From the NCBI GenBank assembly GCA_903813345.2, contig CAIIXF020000001.1, positions 8,928,001 through 8,992,000 on the forward strand: a DNA stretch of 64,000 nt, written 5' to 3'. Of the stretch, positions 25,569 through 49,630 are shown piece after piece. How positions within the stretch are numbered: the stretch's first letter is position 1; the number at the start of each line of letters is the position of its first letter. Under the pieces are notes generated by a model. The model ran no database searches, was not told the DNA's origin, and saw only the letters and a program-made list of their open reading frames with translations. The DNA is from Owenia fusiformis (Eukaryota). The position numbers and the translations under genes are program-made.

Positions 25569-27071
25569 TTTTATGTCCCCACCACATAGTGTGGGGCCAT
25601 ATTGTCGTCCTAGGCGCGTCCGTCTGTCTGTCTGGTTGTCTGTCTGTCCGTCCGTACGTCCGGCAGTTTTCTCCAAAACGGCTACAGGTATCACCTTCTA
25701 ATTTTCAGGAATAACTTATGAGTGCCTATAGATGTGGATGAAAAATTTTAAACTCGAAACCTACTTCCTGTCGGCCATTTTGAAGTCAAATGCTAAAATG
25801 CTTGTCTGCAAACTTTAAGAAAAACTGCTTCACAGTTGCTTTTAAAACTTTAACATCTTGTTCAGCTCACTTCATTCTAGATCTGATTAGGTTTTGGACC
25901 TGCTAGCTCAGTCATGTCAGCCATTTTGAATGTCTTAAGAAAAGTTAGCGCGCGATAATACTTTGTATCATATTGAATGGTGTTTTTGAGTTTTCATACT
26001 TTAACTATTTAGTAGCTTTATAAATAATTTCAGATGTACTTTGCTGTAAAAGCCTACTTTATTGTTAACAGTAGTTATATGTGATAATTTTGTAAAAAGA
26101 AATCAGCAAAAACTCATAAGGACTTTTTTTATTGTCGGCCATTTTGGATTTTTCGGTCCTAAAATCTTGTCTGTGAAGTCTTGTCTGCGCGTTTTCAGGT
26201 GAACCGTTTGGTGGATCAATTTCAAATTTTCAGGGATGATTCTTAGTATAAAAATCTAGATCTCATTAGTTTTTTGGCATTCTGGGTAAATGTCAAGGCA
26301 GCCATTTTGGATTTTCCGTCCTAAAATCTTGTCTGTAAAGTCTTGTCTACTCGTTTTCAGGTGAACTGTTTGGTAGATCAATTTCAAATTTTCAGGAATG
26401 ATTCTTAGTATGAAAATCTAGAACTGATTAGTTTTTTTGCATTCTGGGTAAATGTCAAGGCAGCCATTTTGGATTTTCCGTCTTAAAATCTTGCCTGTAA
26501 AGTCTTGTCTACGCGTTTTAAGGTGAATGGTTTGATAGATCAATTTCAAATTTTCAGGGATGATTCTTTGTATGAAAATCTACATCTGATTACTTTTTTT
26601 GCATTCTGCGTAAATGTTAAGGTAGCCATTTTGGATTTTCTGTCCTAAAATCTTGTCTGTAAAGTCTTGTCTACCCGTTTTCAGGTGAACCGTTTGGTAG
26701 ATCAATTTCATATTTTCAGGGATGATTCTTAGTATGAAAATCTACAAACAGATTAGTTTTTTGACATTCTTGGTAAATGTCAAGGCAGCCATTTTGGATT
26801 TTCCATCCTGAAATCTTGTCTGTAAAGTCTTGTTTACATGTTTTCTGGTTAACTGTGTGACGGATCAATTTCAAATTTTCAGGGGTGGTTCTTAGTATGA
26901 AAATCTAGAACTGACTAAATTTTTGGCATTCTGGGTAAATTTTAAGGTGGCCACTTTGGATTTTCCGTCCTCAAATTGTGTTGGTAAAGTCTTGTCTACT
27001 CATTTTCAGGATAACCATTTCACGGGATCACCACTTGGTGGGGACATTTTGAACACATTTGTGTTCTTGTA
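25569..27071 (+). mobile_element. Helentron/HINE (DINE-1-like) non-autonomous element with internal satellite array
   Basis: SubTIR ATGTCCCCACCA (25573-25584) and TGGTGGGGACAT (27036-27047), 5' hairpin, (GTCY)n microsatellite at about 25618-25661, internal tandem repeats, 3' hairpin GAACACATTTGTGTTC, T-rich flanks. Confidence 0.8.
26138..27020. repeat. About 163-bp tandem repeat, about 5.5 copies, inside the HINE
   Basis: GCCATTTTGGATTTTCCGTCCTAAAATCTTGTCTGTAAAGTCTTGTCT unit starting at about 26139, 26301, 26463, 26624, 26788 and 26949. Confidence 0.9.
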
Positions 27072-27640
27072 TTATACATGTTATACATGTACCTATTGTG
27101 ATCTGTGATAATATTCTCAAATGATTTGTGGGTGTGTTTTGACACACCTCTTTTACAATCAATATGTTTTATTTCAAAAATAATATAGGCATCACACATG
27201 TTCAGAGCTACATGTCTAGGTAACCCAGAAGTGTTCAAATGTTCCATTAAATCTATAGTAAAAAATATCTAAAGATATACTTGCTTTGAACTACTAAAAC
27301 AAATATATAAGTTGCATACATGTATAGGCTTTTTGACCTGAATCGAATGTCAGACATTTGTACATACGCTCAAATTACCAACCATGAATAGTAAAAGTTC
27401 ATGTATGTTTCATCGGCATTTTTCTTTTCCTTTGAGTATTAGCTGTTTCAAATATATAAATAATCCAAGGTGTATACATGTAAAGGCTTTTTGACCTGAA
27501 TCAAATGTCAGACATTTGTACGTATGCTCAAACTACCAACCATGAATAGTAAAAGTTCATGTTCCTATGTTTCATCAGCAATTTTCTTTTCCTTTCAGTA
27601 TTAGCTGTTTCTGTGCACACATACCAAACAACATACCAAA

Positions 27641-32215
<4,575 letters not shown>

Positions 32216-33277
32216 AGCAGTCACAATGCAGCTAAACTTTAAACAACTCTAAGGACAGCAAGAAACAATACCCTACCATACAATAGACTCCTAACTATTA
32301 AAATCCCTTTTAAATTTCTTTAATATTATCTTGACATTATCTCTTCGTTACATGATACATTTCATTCAGATCTAAAAGAACAGTGAAAGCCATGTGTTAA
32401 ACCTGTAAATGCACAGGGCTAGATGATATCATTTTAGATTAGTGTTTCGTAGAACGCATATCATGAACAGGAACATAGAATTTTAGTCTGTTACTAGAGT
32501 GTGTGTACAAATATGTACAAAGTATTGATATTGTTGTGTGATAAACAATCAGATCTGTTGATTAATATATTACTTGCTTTGTATAATTTTTTTTCAATTT
32601 AATTTTGCCATAATATAATAACGCCTGTAAGACTCCTTATATTTGCCAAATCATCTGACTGTATATACACTTGAAAAGTATGTACAGGTTTATACGAACA
32701 AATTGCCAATGGTTGCATGTATGCTTTATTTGACATGTTGGACAATTATTTATCATGTTGATAGGAAATCTGTGTGTACATGAGGGTATTTCTATAGCCA
32801 GTTATTTTGTTACAACATTGTATTTACTATACACGTACTGATTCATTTCTTATTTCTTATGTTTGCACCTCAGTGTGTATATTGTGGGGAATATAAATAA
32901 ATCATCAGAAAGATAAACTATGTGTTTTGTAGGTCAATTAATCTTTACTTGGAATGTGGTCTGTACTTTTAAGACCAACCTTTGCTGCATTGCATGTATA
33001 AAAGGAATAACTGATTCCAAAATACCCTGCAGAAAATCAAGTATTTAGCAAATGGGCCTAAGCAACACAGGTGGGTTAATTAATTTGAAGCAGAAGATGA
33101 TGAATGTTAAAATATACTGCACAAAATCTATTTTTGAAGAATCCGCATTTAGGTCTATGCAAAGGTAGTGTTAATAAATTGAAGCATGAGACCACGGGAT
33201 GCCATCGACTAATTTGGATTAGGTGGTTGACAGTGGAGCAGGTCGTTTTTACAAGAAATTGAATATTTTCACATAGT

Positions 33278-34322
33278 TTATTATCCCATCGAACGAAGTT
33301 CGGAGGGATATACAGAACGCCTCCGTCCGTCCGTATGTACATCCGTACGTACGTCCGTCCGGGCAATAACTCAAATACCGTTGGCCCGATTTTGTTCATA
33401 TTTTGTACACATATACCCTATGGGGGTAGAAGTTCTGCTCGAAAGCCGATTTTCAAAATGGCCGCTCATTTAAAAATGGCGGCCATTTTAGTGCCGATTT
33501 TACAGTAATTTAGGTGCAATATGTAAAACTGTAATACTAGCAATATGTTTTAAATGTAAAAAAATTATATAGGATTTTGATAAAGCTAAAAATATAGATA
33601 TTAAAGAAGCACATGGCAGCCATCTTGAAAAATGGCGGCCTTTACTCGTTATTATAACGATTTTTGCTTTAACTCAAGATGTAGTGGATCGATTTTGTTC
33701 ATATTTGGTATGTGAATACTATAAGCATGGCACACTGTCTAATGACACTTTTGGTAGAAGGCAGCCATTTTGAAAAATGGCCACCATTTTAACATATTTT
33801 CCTATAACTCGAAAAGTAGTGGAGCGATTTTGTTCATATTTGGTATGTGAATACTATAAGCATGGTACCCTGTCTAATGACACTTTTGGTAGGAGGCGGC
33901 CATTTTGAAAAATGGCCGCCATTTAAACGTAATTTACTCGGCCTTTACTCGCTATTTAACGATTTTTGCTGTAACCTGAAAAGATTTTGTTCATATTTGG
34001 TATGTGAATACTATAAGCATGGCACACTGTATAATGACACTTTTGATAGAAGGCGGCCATTTTGAAAAATGGCCACAATTTTGAAGTATTTTAACATTAT
34101 TCGAAAAGTAGTTGAGCTATTTTGTTCATATTTGGTATGTGAATACTATAAAAAAAAGCATATTACTTCTTCTGATGACAACTTGGCTAGTGAGCAACCA
34201 TTTTGAAAATGGTGGCCTTTCTTATGTGTGTTATTTTATGATATTTGCTATATATTTTGTTTGTAAAAATGCCAGTCATTTCTGTTCGATGGGATTCGCT
34301 ACGCTTTGGCGTTGCCGTTGTT
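33278..34322 (+). mobile_element. Helentron/HINE-like element with internal tandem repeats
   Basis: SubTIR ATCCCATCGAAC (33283-33294) and GTTCGATGGGAT (34284-34295), (CCGT)n microsatellite, about 4 copies of a 135-160 bp unit (TTTTGTTCATATTTGGTATGTGAATACTATAA), 3' GC hairpin. Confidence 0.8.
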
Positions 34323-36412
34323 CTGGTCTTTTAAATGAAAAGCTGCCTATTCACAGAGAAAATGAACCGGAGAGAACTAAAGCCTGCGAGTGTATATGAA
34401 GACCTCTAAGAGTGAACATTGAACACTTCATTCCTTTACAGAACCTCGTTTTCAAAGAATTACCTGTAGGCAGGCCAAATCAAAAATCAGCTTTTGGGGA
34501 ACTTAATGGAACACATTTTTCTTACTGTAAATCTGAATTAGCCAAGATGTCCTTTACGTATCATATACCATTATATATTCTCCCAACATTTTGTCAATTT
34601 TATAAAATAAAAAGTCATATTACAAGAGTGAATGATAATGAGCTCAAAACTCGTATATATAAACATATATATTCTTTCCAAAGGAAGTTAACACTACTAA
34701 CGAGAATGTTTCAATCCATTCTGGTCATAACCCATTATCTGATATTCTTCAGATCCAGTATATGTCCTAAGATAGAACAAGCTCTATTTGAAGGAGGACT
34801 TTCAAAGTCACACCTGGTTTAAAAATGATGGCCATTTTACTAAAGGACTTCGTTCACATCAATCGTATCTAGACTAGGGATTTTACCGTTTTTGTGAGAA
34901 CTTACAAAATCGTGAAGTTAATATATAGTTTTACTGCAAAAAAACATTCACTACATTGATGATGTTGATTTAATCCGGTTTACGGCGACTATTTTAAAAA
35001 ATGGTGGAAATGGTGGATTTTGATGCTATTTCATTTGACAGCACGACATGTTTTTTGACGATTTTTGCAATATGGTGGGCATTAAAAAACATTTTAAGCT
35101 TTTTGTTATGGAGCAAACTTGTCGATACTTTACATGTAACATATTTTATATTATTACTCGAACAGTAATGGAGCGCATCTACATAAACATATATATTCTC
35201 TTTTGACAACTTGTGTTCGATGTTGATCATTTTGATTGAGTTTATTATGCCTTGCTGTTACTGTACCGTTGTTACATTTTTATGATTGATTTCGCCAAAA
35301 TATTTTTTGCCGCTAAAGACAATTTCAAGTGAATATATGCATTGATATATAGAACTCTCAAACATTATACGTTTATTGATGCAATAAGTCCATTCAACTT
35401 GACATTTTGAAGATTTTATATATGGTCATTATAGATTTTCTTTCCAATTAAAGTGAGCAAACAATGTTTACGACATTCTTGTTCATTTTGTAAACACAAC
35501 ACTTTCAATATGCTATGTTTATGTAGTCATATTCTGTGAAAGGTGAACCATTGACAAAATACTTCCGGACAATTTTCGTTTTGGATGAACAGCAAATTTA
35601 CATTATCCTGAAAGAGTCTAGTTTTCATTGAGCGTAATTTAATAATTCACGTGGGGTTCAAATATACCAGTTGCATACAGGGTCAATATCTTTGGAAAGT
35701 TATGAAAGCAAACGTTTGACAATGACATAATGGAGCGTGTACATTGGAAGTAAATGAACTAACTGAACCAAATCCATCGTGACATGAGATCAAGAAGTTG
35801 TGTGATTCCAGTACACTGATCTCTGAGCTAAGATTTTTACGTGAAGACTAGAACTTCAGTAATGCGATCATCTAATTCATTTTAATTGTAACCAGGAGGC
35901 CTTTACAATCAAATTACCGGTTATAGGAATTAATGATTATTGAGATCCCTACTAGGTAGGACTATCATTAGAACATTTTTCGGATCAATACACTGATTTC
36001 TCCGATATTGGAATCAATTATATCGGGCAAAAGTTTCTATTTAGTTTCAGGCAGAAAATTATTGTAAATGATCATAGAGATGGACTGATTATTGGTAAAG
36101 AACTTATATATATAGCGGATAATTGCATCCTACGGCCCTATCACATTCCAATGACGCAGTGTGGATTGGATTATTAAGGAATGACTTGTCTAATAAATGA
36201 TGCCCAATTAGGAGGTGCCGACAAGATCTCCTCACATGAGATAATCAACGGTTTCATTTTTGAAGAAGCACGGAGATTTGAATAAAGTAAAATACAAAGC
36301 TGAGTAACAACTGGATATAAAATTACTAATTTTAGTATTGGATTTAATCCTAAATGAATTGGTGTCATTTGATCATGTTTAAACATTGGGCATTGCTATA
36401 AAAGTCTGGATC

Positions 36413-37627
36413 ATGGCCGACAATCTTACTGACACTAGTACGTATGTCACTGATGCAGCAACTAATACGTTATATGTAACTGAAGCAAATACTATGCAAG
36501 AACAGAAGTTGGATATAACTCTCCACGTTTTGTCTTCAGTACTGTTGTTGATCATCATTGTACTTGTTCTAATGGCCAACATTATTGTGATTGTAGCTAT
36601 AGGGAAACATGATTATCTAAGGACTTTATCTAATACCTTTATCCTCTCGTTGGGAGTAGCTGACTTACTAGTGGGGCTTCTTGTGATGATACCAGCCATG
36701 TTCAATCAAGTGATGGAAAAATGGATTTTCCCCGAGACATTCTGCACAGTGTGGATAGCATTTGATGTGATGCTATGTAGCGGTTCTATCTTGAGTGTAT
36801 GTCTGATTAGTATAGACCGTTATCTTCTCATTATGAACCCGCTCAAGTACAAAACATTCATGACACCTTTCAAAGTCGTTGCTTGCATCACTGCCGTTTG
36901 GGTTATCACTGCCTTCAGTTCCTTCTTGCCTATCTTCAATGGTTGGCATAGGAGAGAAAACACATTTAGTGATATTGTGGCTGGCCAATGCGTACTACAG
37001 ACTAGTCTAACCTTTGCTCTCACTGCTTCTTTTTTAACGATTCTGGTACCAATTATAGTGACTACAATGCTCTATGGAGCTATATTCAAGGCAGCAAGAC
37101 GACATGCTCGCCTCATTCACGCAGTCAATGCCCTGATATGGCATAAAAGACCAAAGAACATAGTATCAACCACCAAAGATGTATTTTCCAGCAAGGCATC
37201 GTTTACACTTGGGATACTACTAGGTGCATTTGTCATCACTTGGCTGCCCTTTTTCACTGTGAACCTAATTGATGCCTCGTGTGAATGTGTGGATTCCACC
37301 CTATTCAGCTTCATTGTATGGTTGGGATATTGCAACAGCCTTATCAATGCTATCATATACCCTTTACTCATGAAAAACTTTAGATACGCATACGGGAAAA
37401 TGTTTCCATGCCTCAAGAGAATAGAAATATTCCAAGCCAACATCCATCCAACATTTTCTTCCCGAACCAAGGCGTCGGTGAGGAATATGGAGTTGTTATC
37501 TATGGATGGGTCAAGGAGGGGTTCTGTGATAGACAATTACAAAGTTAATACTAGACACGGGGTCTTTAACACTGAATCAGTTGTAAAACAATGGAAGTTG
37601 CACACGAAGAACAAAAATATATGCTAA
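36413..37627 (+). CDS. HTR6: Intronless class A aminergic GPCR, 5-HT6 serotonin receptor-like, 404 aa
   Basis: First ATG at 36413 (the ORF-track start is TTG). Seven TMs; D3.32 in WIAFDVMLCSGSIL..ISIDRYLLI; GQC in ECL2; KASFTLGILLGAFVITWLPFF; C-x-C in ECL3; WLGYCNS.IN.IIYPLLM. These segments closely follow HTR6 as I recall it. Confidence 0.85.
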   Translation: MADNLTDTSTYVTDAATNTLYVTEANTMQEQKLDITLHVLSSVLLLIIIVLVLMANIIVIVAIGKHDYLRTLSNTFILSLGVADLLVGLLVMIPAMFNQVMEKWIFPETFCTVWIAFDVMLCSGSILSVCLISIDRYLLIMNPLKYKTFMTPFKVVACITAVWVITAFSSFLPIFNGWHRRENTFSDIVAGQCVLQTSLTFALTASFLTILVPIIVTTMLYGAIFKAARRHARLIHAVNALIWHKRPKNIVSTTKDVFSSKASFTLGILLGAFVITWLPFFTVNLIDASCECVDSTLFSFIVWLGYCNSLINAIIYPLLMKNFRYAYGKMFPCLKRIEIFQANIHPTFSSRTKASVRNMELLSMDGSRRGSVIDNYKVNTRHGVFNTESVVKQWKLHTKNKNIC

Positions 37628-38164
37628 ATATGAAAAATCAATATGGTCATAAAATGCAATATAATGTTTTTTCATAAAATATTCCTACTAAATGGAATGT
37701 TCAAAAATAGAAAGGGTACTATACTGTTCTTTAAGCGAAAGAAACTCAGTCTTCCATAAAACTCTTGACCAATCATGCACGCTTATTGTATTGATGTCTT
37801 TACCACGTTGTATTGTGAAACGTGGCAATTTTAGCTGCATAGTTGCACAGACTTAGACGATGGATGGTCATGATCATTGAAGACTTTTGCATTTGATGAT
37901 GAATCTCGGAATGGACTCATTAGATATCTTACCTTACGTACAACAAGCTTGGTTGTTTCATGGGCTTCTCTTGGAAGCACATGGTGTTTTCACAATGAAT
38001 CGCAGAATTGACAAATTATACTCATTTTGGGGGGTAAGAGTCGATCATTGATGAACTCAGAATTCCAGAAGAATGTAGAAATAATAGAAGTAATGCCAAT
38101 GGTTATCAATGTCTGATGTGGCCTACCTAAGCTGTTTAAAAAGTATTTTTATTTTGCAGTGTGC

Positions 38165-38553
38165 AAAGGACAAGTCTCGGTTTGGAGAAAAGTCTAATGG
38201 GCTAATAATTTTTTTATGAAAGATATAGAAATAACACCCAAATTGAATTATGAATATTGAAAATACAATTAAATCTACAATATGTAAAAATATCAAAATT
38301 GTCCGAAGCATGCGTACGTGCAGTAAACCGATTCGATAAATGACAAATGTTGGTTTGGAGAACAAAGTTCATAAATCTACTGCGCTAATAATTGTGTTAT
38401 GAAAAATATAGAAATAACACTAAAAGTAAATTATGGATATTCAAAAGAGGACATTTAAATCTACAAAATGTAAAAATATCAAAATTGTCCAAAGCAGGCG
38501 TAACATGCATTTGACTGATGAACTTTGTTCTCCAAACCGAAACTAGTCCTTTC
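38165..38553. mobile_element. MITE with internal tandem duplication
   Basis: AAAGGACAAGTCTCGGTTTGGAGAA / TTCTCCAAACCGAAACTAGTCCTTT inverted ends; about 170-bp internal direct duplication. Confidence 0.6.
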
Positions 38554-39129
38554 GAAGTTTTTAAAATAAAGAAACGCAGATTAATGCAAATATATCTTTG
38601 TTAGTGTTTTATTCAATGTTCCAACATAAAGAAACGTAAATTAATGCAAATATATCTTTGTTATGAATTGAGACCAAGCGGGTAGTATACCAGATATAGC
38701 AATTACACTCAGAAACAACAAATTTCAAATGAGTAGAACTACTTCCTCCTGTGATGACAGCACCCGTGCCCAGCTAGTTCTTACAAGTCTGGTGTTGAGG
38801 ATAAAGAAGGGATGGGGCGGGGTCCAGAGACTTGAAGTAAGACTTAACTTTAAAACAGTATTACTATTGACCTGTGCCATGACATTAATACTATGTAGTT
38901 AGTTACAATGAAAAAAGTAAAGATAATTACAGGGTGACCCAAAACTGCTACCCTCCATAAGCACTCATACAAAAAATCAACTTTGAATTTTAAAGAAAAT
39001 GCACTTCCGTTCAAGCAAGTTCTCACATAAAATTGTTAAAAATATGTTTGCATATGTACATTAAATTGAGCAAATTATCATGATTTGGAGACATGATGGA
39101 AATTTGATTTATTAAAGGCTCTTACGTTT

Positions 39130-45197
<6,068 letters not shown>

Positions 45198-48100
45198 TTT
45201 TAACCCATTACAATATTTCCCATATTATCGCCCAATGAGGATTGCACTTAAAATGCGAACGCGATATTTTCACGATCTTTGTTCGTGTTTTCATAATGTA
45301 ATACTAAGACTCCAAAAAGTCCTGTAGTCCGTGATAAAACAAAGCAGAGAAAGACAATATTGAAAAAAGATATGATGTAAATGTTTCATTCAACTAATTT
45401 TACAGGGACGTCAAAAGGATTTGCCAAGGGAAGGGATGACTTATGGATATGGATGGGACGTGCGTGAAGCATGGATCGGGGGGGGGGGCATGCCCCCAGA
45501 AAATTTTCAAATTTAGAACCTCTCTGGTGCCTTCTGAATATATCTCAGCACAATATCCCCAATAACTAGATTGGAGAAATTGAACAATTTTCAATCTGGA
45601 GTCTAATAATAAAAAATTAGAACCGTGGGTACTGGGCTCACATGGTGTTGCTCAAAAGTGAATGATGGCTAAAATGTCAGAAAATAAAAAAAAACGGATG
45701 TTTAAGAGAGAATCAGATCAAGCGAGCAGGCTAAACAATTTTTTTTTCCAATTTAGAATATTTTTGGCTCATGTCATTCCTTGTCATGTCTATTTTCTAA
45801 AAATCACAAAAGTGCATACATTATTCCAGGAAAACTAAAGATTTTTACAATAATGTATTATTTTTTTATAAGAATGGTTACCATTCTTATTATTTGGGAG
45901 AATTTAAACATTTTTCACTCATTTTTGCACTTTGAATCATTAATAACTTCACCAATTTATAACATATTGTGAATCTTTTGGGAGATATTGTATTTGATAT
46001 TGTAAGGAATAGATTGGTAGGTCATTTATACATGTTGCTTGTAATTTTGTCACCCCCTATAGATCAGATTCTGCCTTTAAGTTTTTGCCGATTTCTTGTA
46101 ACAAAATTATTTCATACAGCTACTCTTTACAAAGACATGGCTTTTTACAATGCAGGACACCTGAAATTATTTGTAAAGCAAGGAAATGGGCCAAAAGTGA
46201 ATTTCCCGAGACAAAAATGGTGCCAGGCCGTTTTGAAAATAGGCGAGCTTTTGAAGCAGGAGTCACAGTTTTTTTTTTCTTTATTGATGTTGAACAAAAA
46301 AATATTTTAAAATGGTAATCCTATCTACAGAGGATTTAAAGAGCCAAGTGTTGACAGACAGAGGTTTTACAACTTGCCACTATCTCAAGTTGTACTGACA
46401 GACATATGGACAAATCAATTAACTAAAATGGCTGAAAATAAAAAAAAGATATGATTTTTTGCCGATTTTTTGTAACAAAATTATTTCATACAACTACTCT
46501 TTACAGTGACATGGCATTTTACAATGCAGGACACCTGAAATTATTTATAAAGCTAGGAAATGGGCCTAAAGTGAATTTCGCGAAACAAAAATGGTGGCCA
46601 TTTTGAAAATAGGTGAGCTTTTGAACCAGGAGTCATATAGTCCACGGTATGAAATTTCTAGGACGTCTAATTAAGGAGTTGGTGGCACCATATCTGCATA
46701 ATGATATTTGAGCTTATATTTAGATACCTACATGTGTCCCGCGTTTTATTTTTGTATAGCCGTGATAAATACGGCGGGCTTTTAGGCCGAATAATGCATG
46801 TCATTATCAGGGGTCAAAAAACGTGTAAAACGTTTTTTGTATTTTTTTCATAATTTAAAGTACAAACATTAAAAGAAAATCACATGAAAATATTTTTAAT
46901 ATATACATCAAGTTTCTTGGCTATAATTTTGCGGTATGTGTTCCTTGAAATACCTTATATATAAAAAATCAAGGTTTCAACATTTTATGTCGTTTTGGAG
47001 ATATTGGTGAAGCAATCAATATATTGGCACCTTTATTACCTGTGAATAACATATGGTTATAATATGTCAGTTTTTTACTAAATTAGTTGTAATACATTTT
47101 GAGATATGGACAGCCGTATTCAGGGGTCAATTGCCAATAAATGGAGACCCATTGTTCTTCCTTGTGTAATACCGTCTGCGATTGAAAATTGTTGCATATG
47201 GTTGAACATGAATTGGTTGCTTATATAGACGTGTCGCAAAAAGCTCGCGCACGCATTGTTACACATTTTGTGGCGTAATCCAGAGGATCCTCGCTTTTAA
47301 CATGATAGAATGTGACGTTTTTGAGAAAAATGTACACACATGAAAATCCTTTCGTCCTCCACATTTACCTCTATATCTCAAAACATTTTAGACGAATAAC
47401 TCTGATATCATATATATATTGTTAATGGGCTAGGAGCATCATAAAACACGAATCAATTGATATTTTAGGTGAAATAAATATACGTGTTGCTGTGCTTGAA
47501 AATAGGCGAATGGCGTAAATTAGCCCTATTTTAATTAATTTTGAAAACCTTTCGTCCTCCACTTTTCCACATACAACAGAAAACACATACTTTTGTGAAC
47601 AAAATCAACTATTTATTAATAAAATAGAGTTTAGGAGCAAAATAATCATGTATGATTTATTAAAAATTGATCTCGTATTTTTTGTTTAATGTACACCTGA
47701 AAAGTTGAAGGTACTAAAAAATGAGCAAAAAAGGTCGCTGTCAACAGATTCTATTTTTCAGACTCTATGACGTCACAATATGGGACGCTTACTAAAATTC
47801 ATCCTTTGAAATAAAACTTCCATCTACCTTTATCAAGACGAAAAATAAGTATAATAGTCATGTATTGTTTGAGTTATGAGCGTTTAAAGACGAAAAATAA
47901 TTCAAAATGTAACGTGTCAACATGGGATATTTGCCTGATGTTTTGGTAAAAAACTCTTTTTTAAAAACGAACGCACAAAAAATGTGAACGGAGTGTAGTT
48001 GATCTAAAATCTTCATCGAAACAGCTTTAAAATGATATATAACTTTAATTAGAATATTATCTTATAATCCGGGGAATCAAAGTTACATTCACGCGATACC

Positions 48101-49222
48101 CTTAAAAAACAAATGCGCCACCTTTTTGCGACACGTCATAAGAACCATATCTTCAACATTTGACTACATGGATCTTTGAGAAATGTCGGCAATAATGTAA
48201 AGATGAATCGATGTAATGCATCGCAGTGACAAATATAATTGTTGTTATATTATACTGTTTGTTACACATTAATAAAAAATCAGAATTCTGAAGTAACAAA
48301 ACATGAACGCACAAGTGGAAATGGAAAAGGCACAGCAACAAATGGAATGTGTTCAAGAGTATACTAATATAAAACATGCAAAATGCCAACGCATATTCGT
48401 TACATACACCGAACGCCGAATATGTACTGTCAATGGACTTTATGTTGGAAACTATAACAATATGTCATACCATTCTTGGTGGTGACATAAGAAACACTAG
48501 CAATCCCAAAGTCAAACGTCTTTCAACCCCTCCCGACACACGAGCTAAGTATAAACATCATTCCCAGACCATTACACCAAGTAGCACATCATTATACTCG
48601 AGTCATTACAACACAAATTGAATAAAAATACAAATTGTGAGCCAATACTCATAAGAATACTAATAGTATATTAGATATACAATATTTAGAATTTGGTCTT
48701 AATGCTTTGAGATAGATATTATAATTCGTTTAACGTTTAAAAATGTCAGCATCCCACTGCAAACCTAAAGCCTTCAGTTTTAGCAATTTAATTGACAATG
48801 CCTAAAATAATCCCCACATCCTTCAGCATCTCGAGTACATAAACTTAAACGGTCGCAAAATCCAGAAACTATTTTACAAAAAGGAACACTGTTCATTAAA
48901 CAAAACAGAATACCTCAAATAAAAATCAGTGACTATAGCATTTGGATTCACTCGCATAAACCAATCCTCTCATGAAAGCTCTTATATAGAACTAATAATT
49001 CGTTTATAAATCACAGGTAATATTGCCTAACATAATGCATTCGCAAAAAAGTAACATCTCACATGAAAAATCAAAAACATAATAGCCTCATGAATATACT
49101 CACAAACACGAATACCTCACATATTAATCGTAACTGATATAACAACTTCTTCAGTATAGTATATTCCTCGCTTATTATGTGGTACTGTATAAAATGCACT
49201 CAAAAAACCTGATACTCCACAT

Positions 49223-49630
49223 CACGCGGTACTAACTTCGACCGTTAATTTGAATTTTTGACCTACCAGGTGCTTGAAAATCAAGGATTGCGAGTCTCAT
49301 ACTGCACCGTTTTTCTTCAAACTTATACCATTAAAAGCAAAACAAAATTGCCTTTCTGTCGGTGCATTACTTGATTGTAAGGAGTCCCTCGTTCACGCAG
49401 CGTTTTGGTCCCCAGCTGTCGGAAGGCCTTCTTACAGCTGGGGACCAAAATGCCGCTGGAAGTAGGGTCTCTTATTAAGAGAATAATGTACCATCAGAAA
49501 GGGATTTTTGTTATGCTTTGAATGGAACAAGTTTGAAGAAAAACGGTGCAGAATGAGACTCACAATCCTTGATATTCAAACATCCGGTAGGTCTAAAAAT
49601 CAAATTAACGGTCGAAGTTAGGATCGTGTG
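49223..49630. mobile_element. Fold-back element, CAC...GTG termini, 5-bp TSD CACAT (Transib-like MITE)
   Basis: 408-bp imperfect palindrome centred on AAGGCCTT (about 49423-49430); CACAT at 49218-49222 and 49631-49635. Confidence 0.85.

Noticed and set aside
38514-38550. CTGATGA...CGAAA hammerhead-like core
   Set aside because: Stem II closing pairs do not form, and the sequence is part of a MITE TIR.
45781-46318. Short ORFs duplicated at 42596-42996 and 52709-53153
   Set aside because: They lie in repeated non-coding HINE sequence with no recognisable protein motif.
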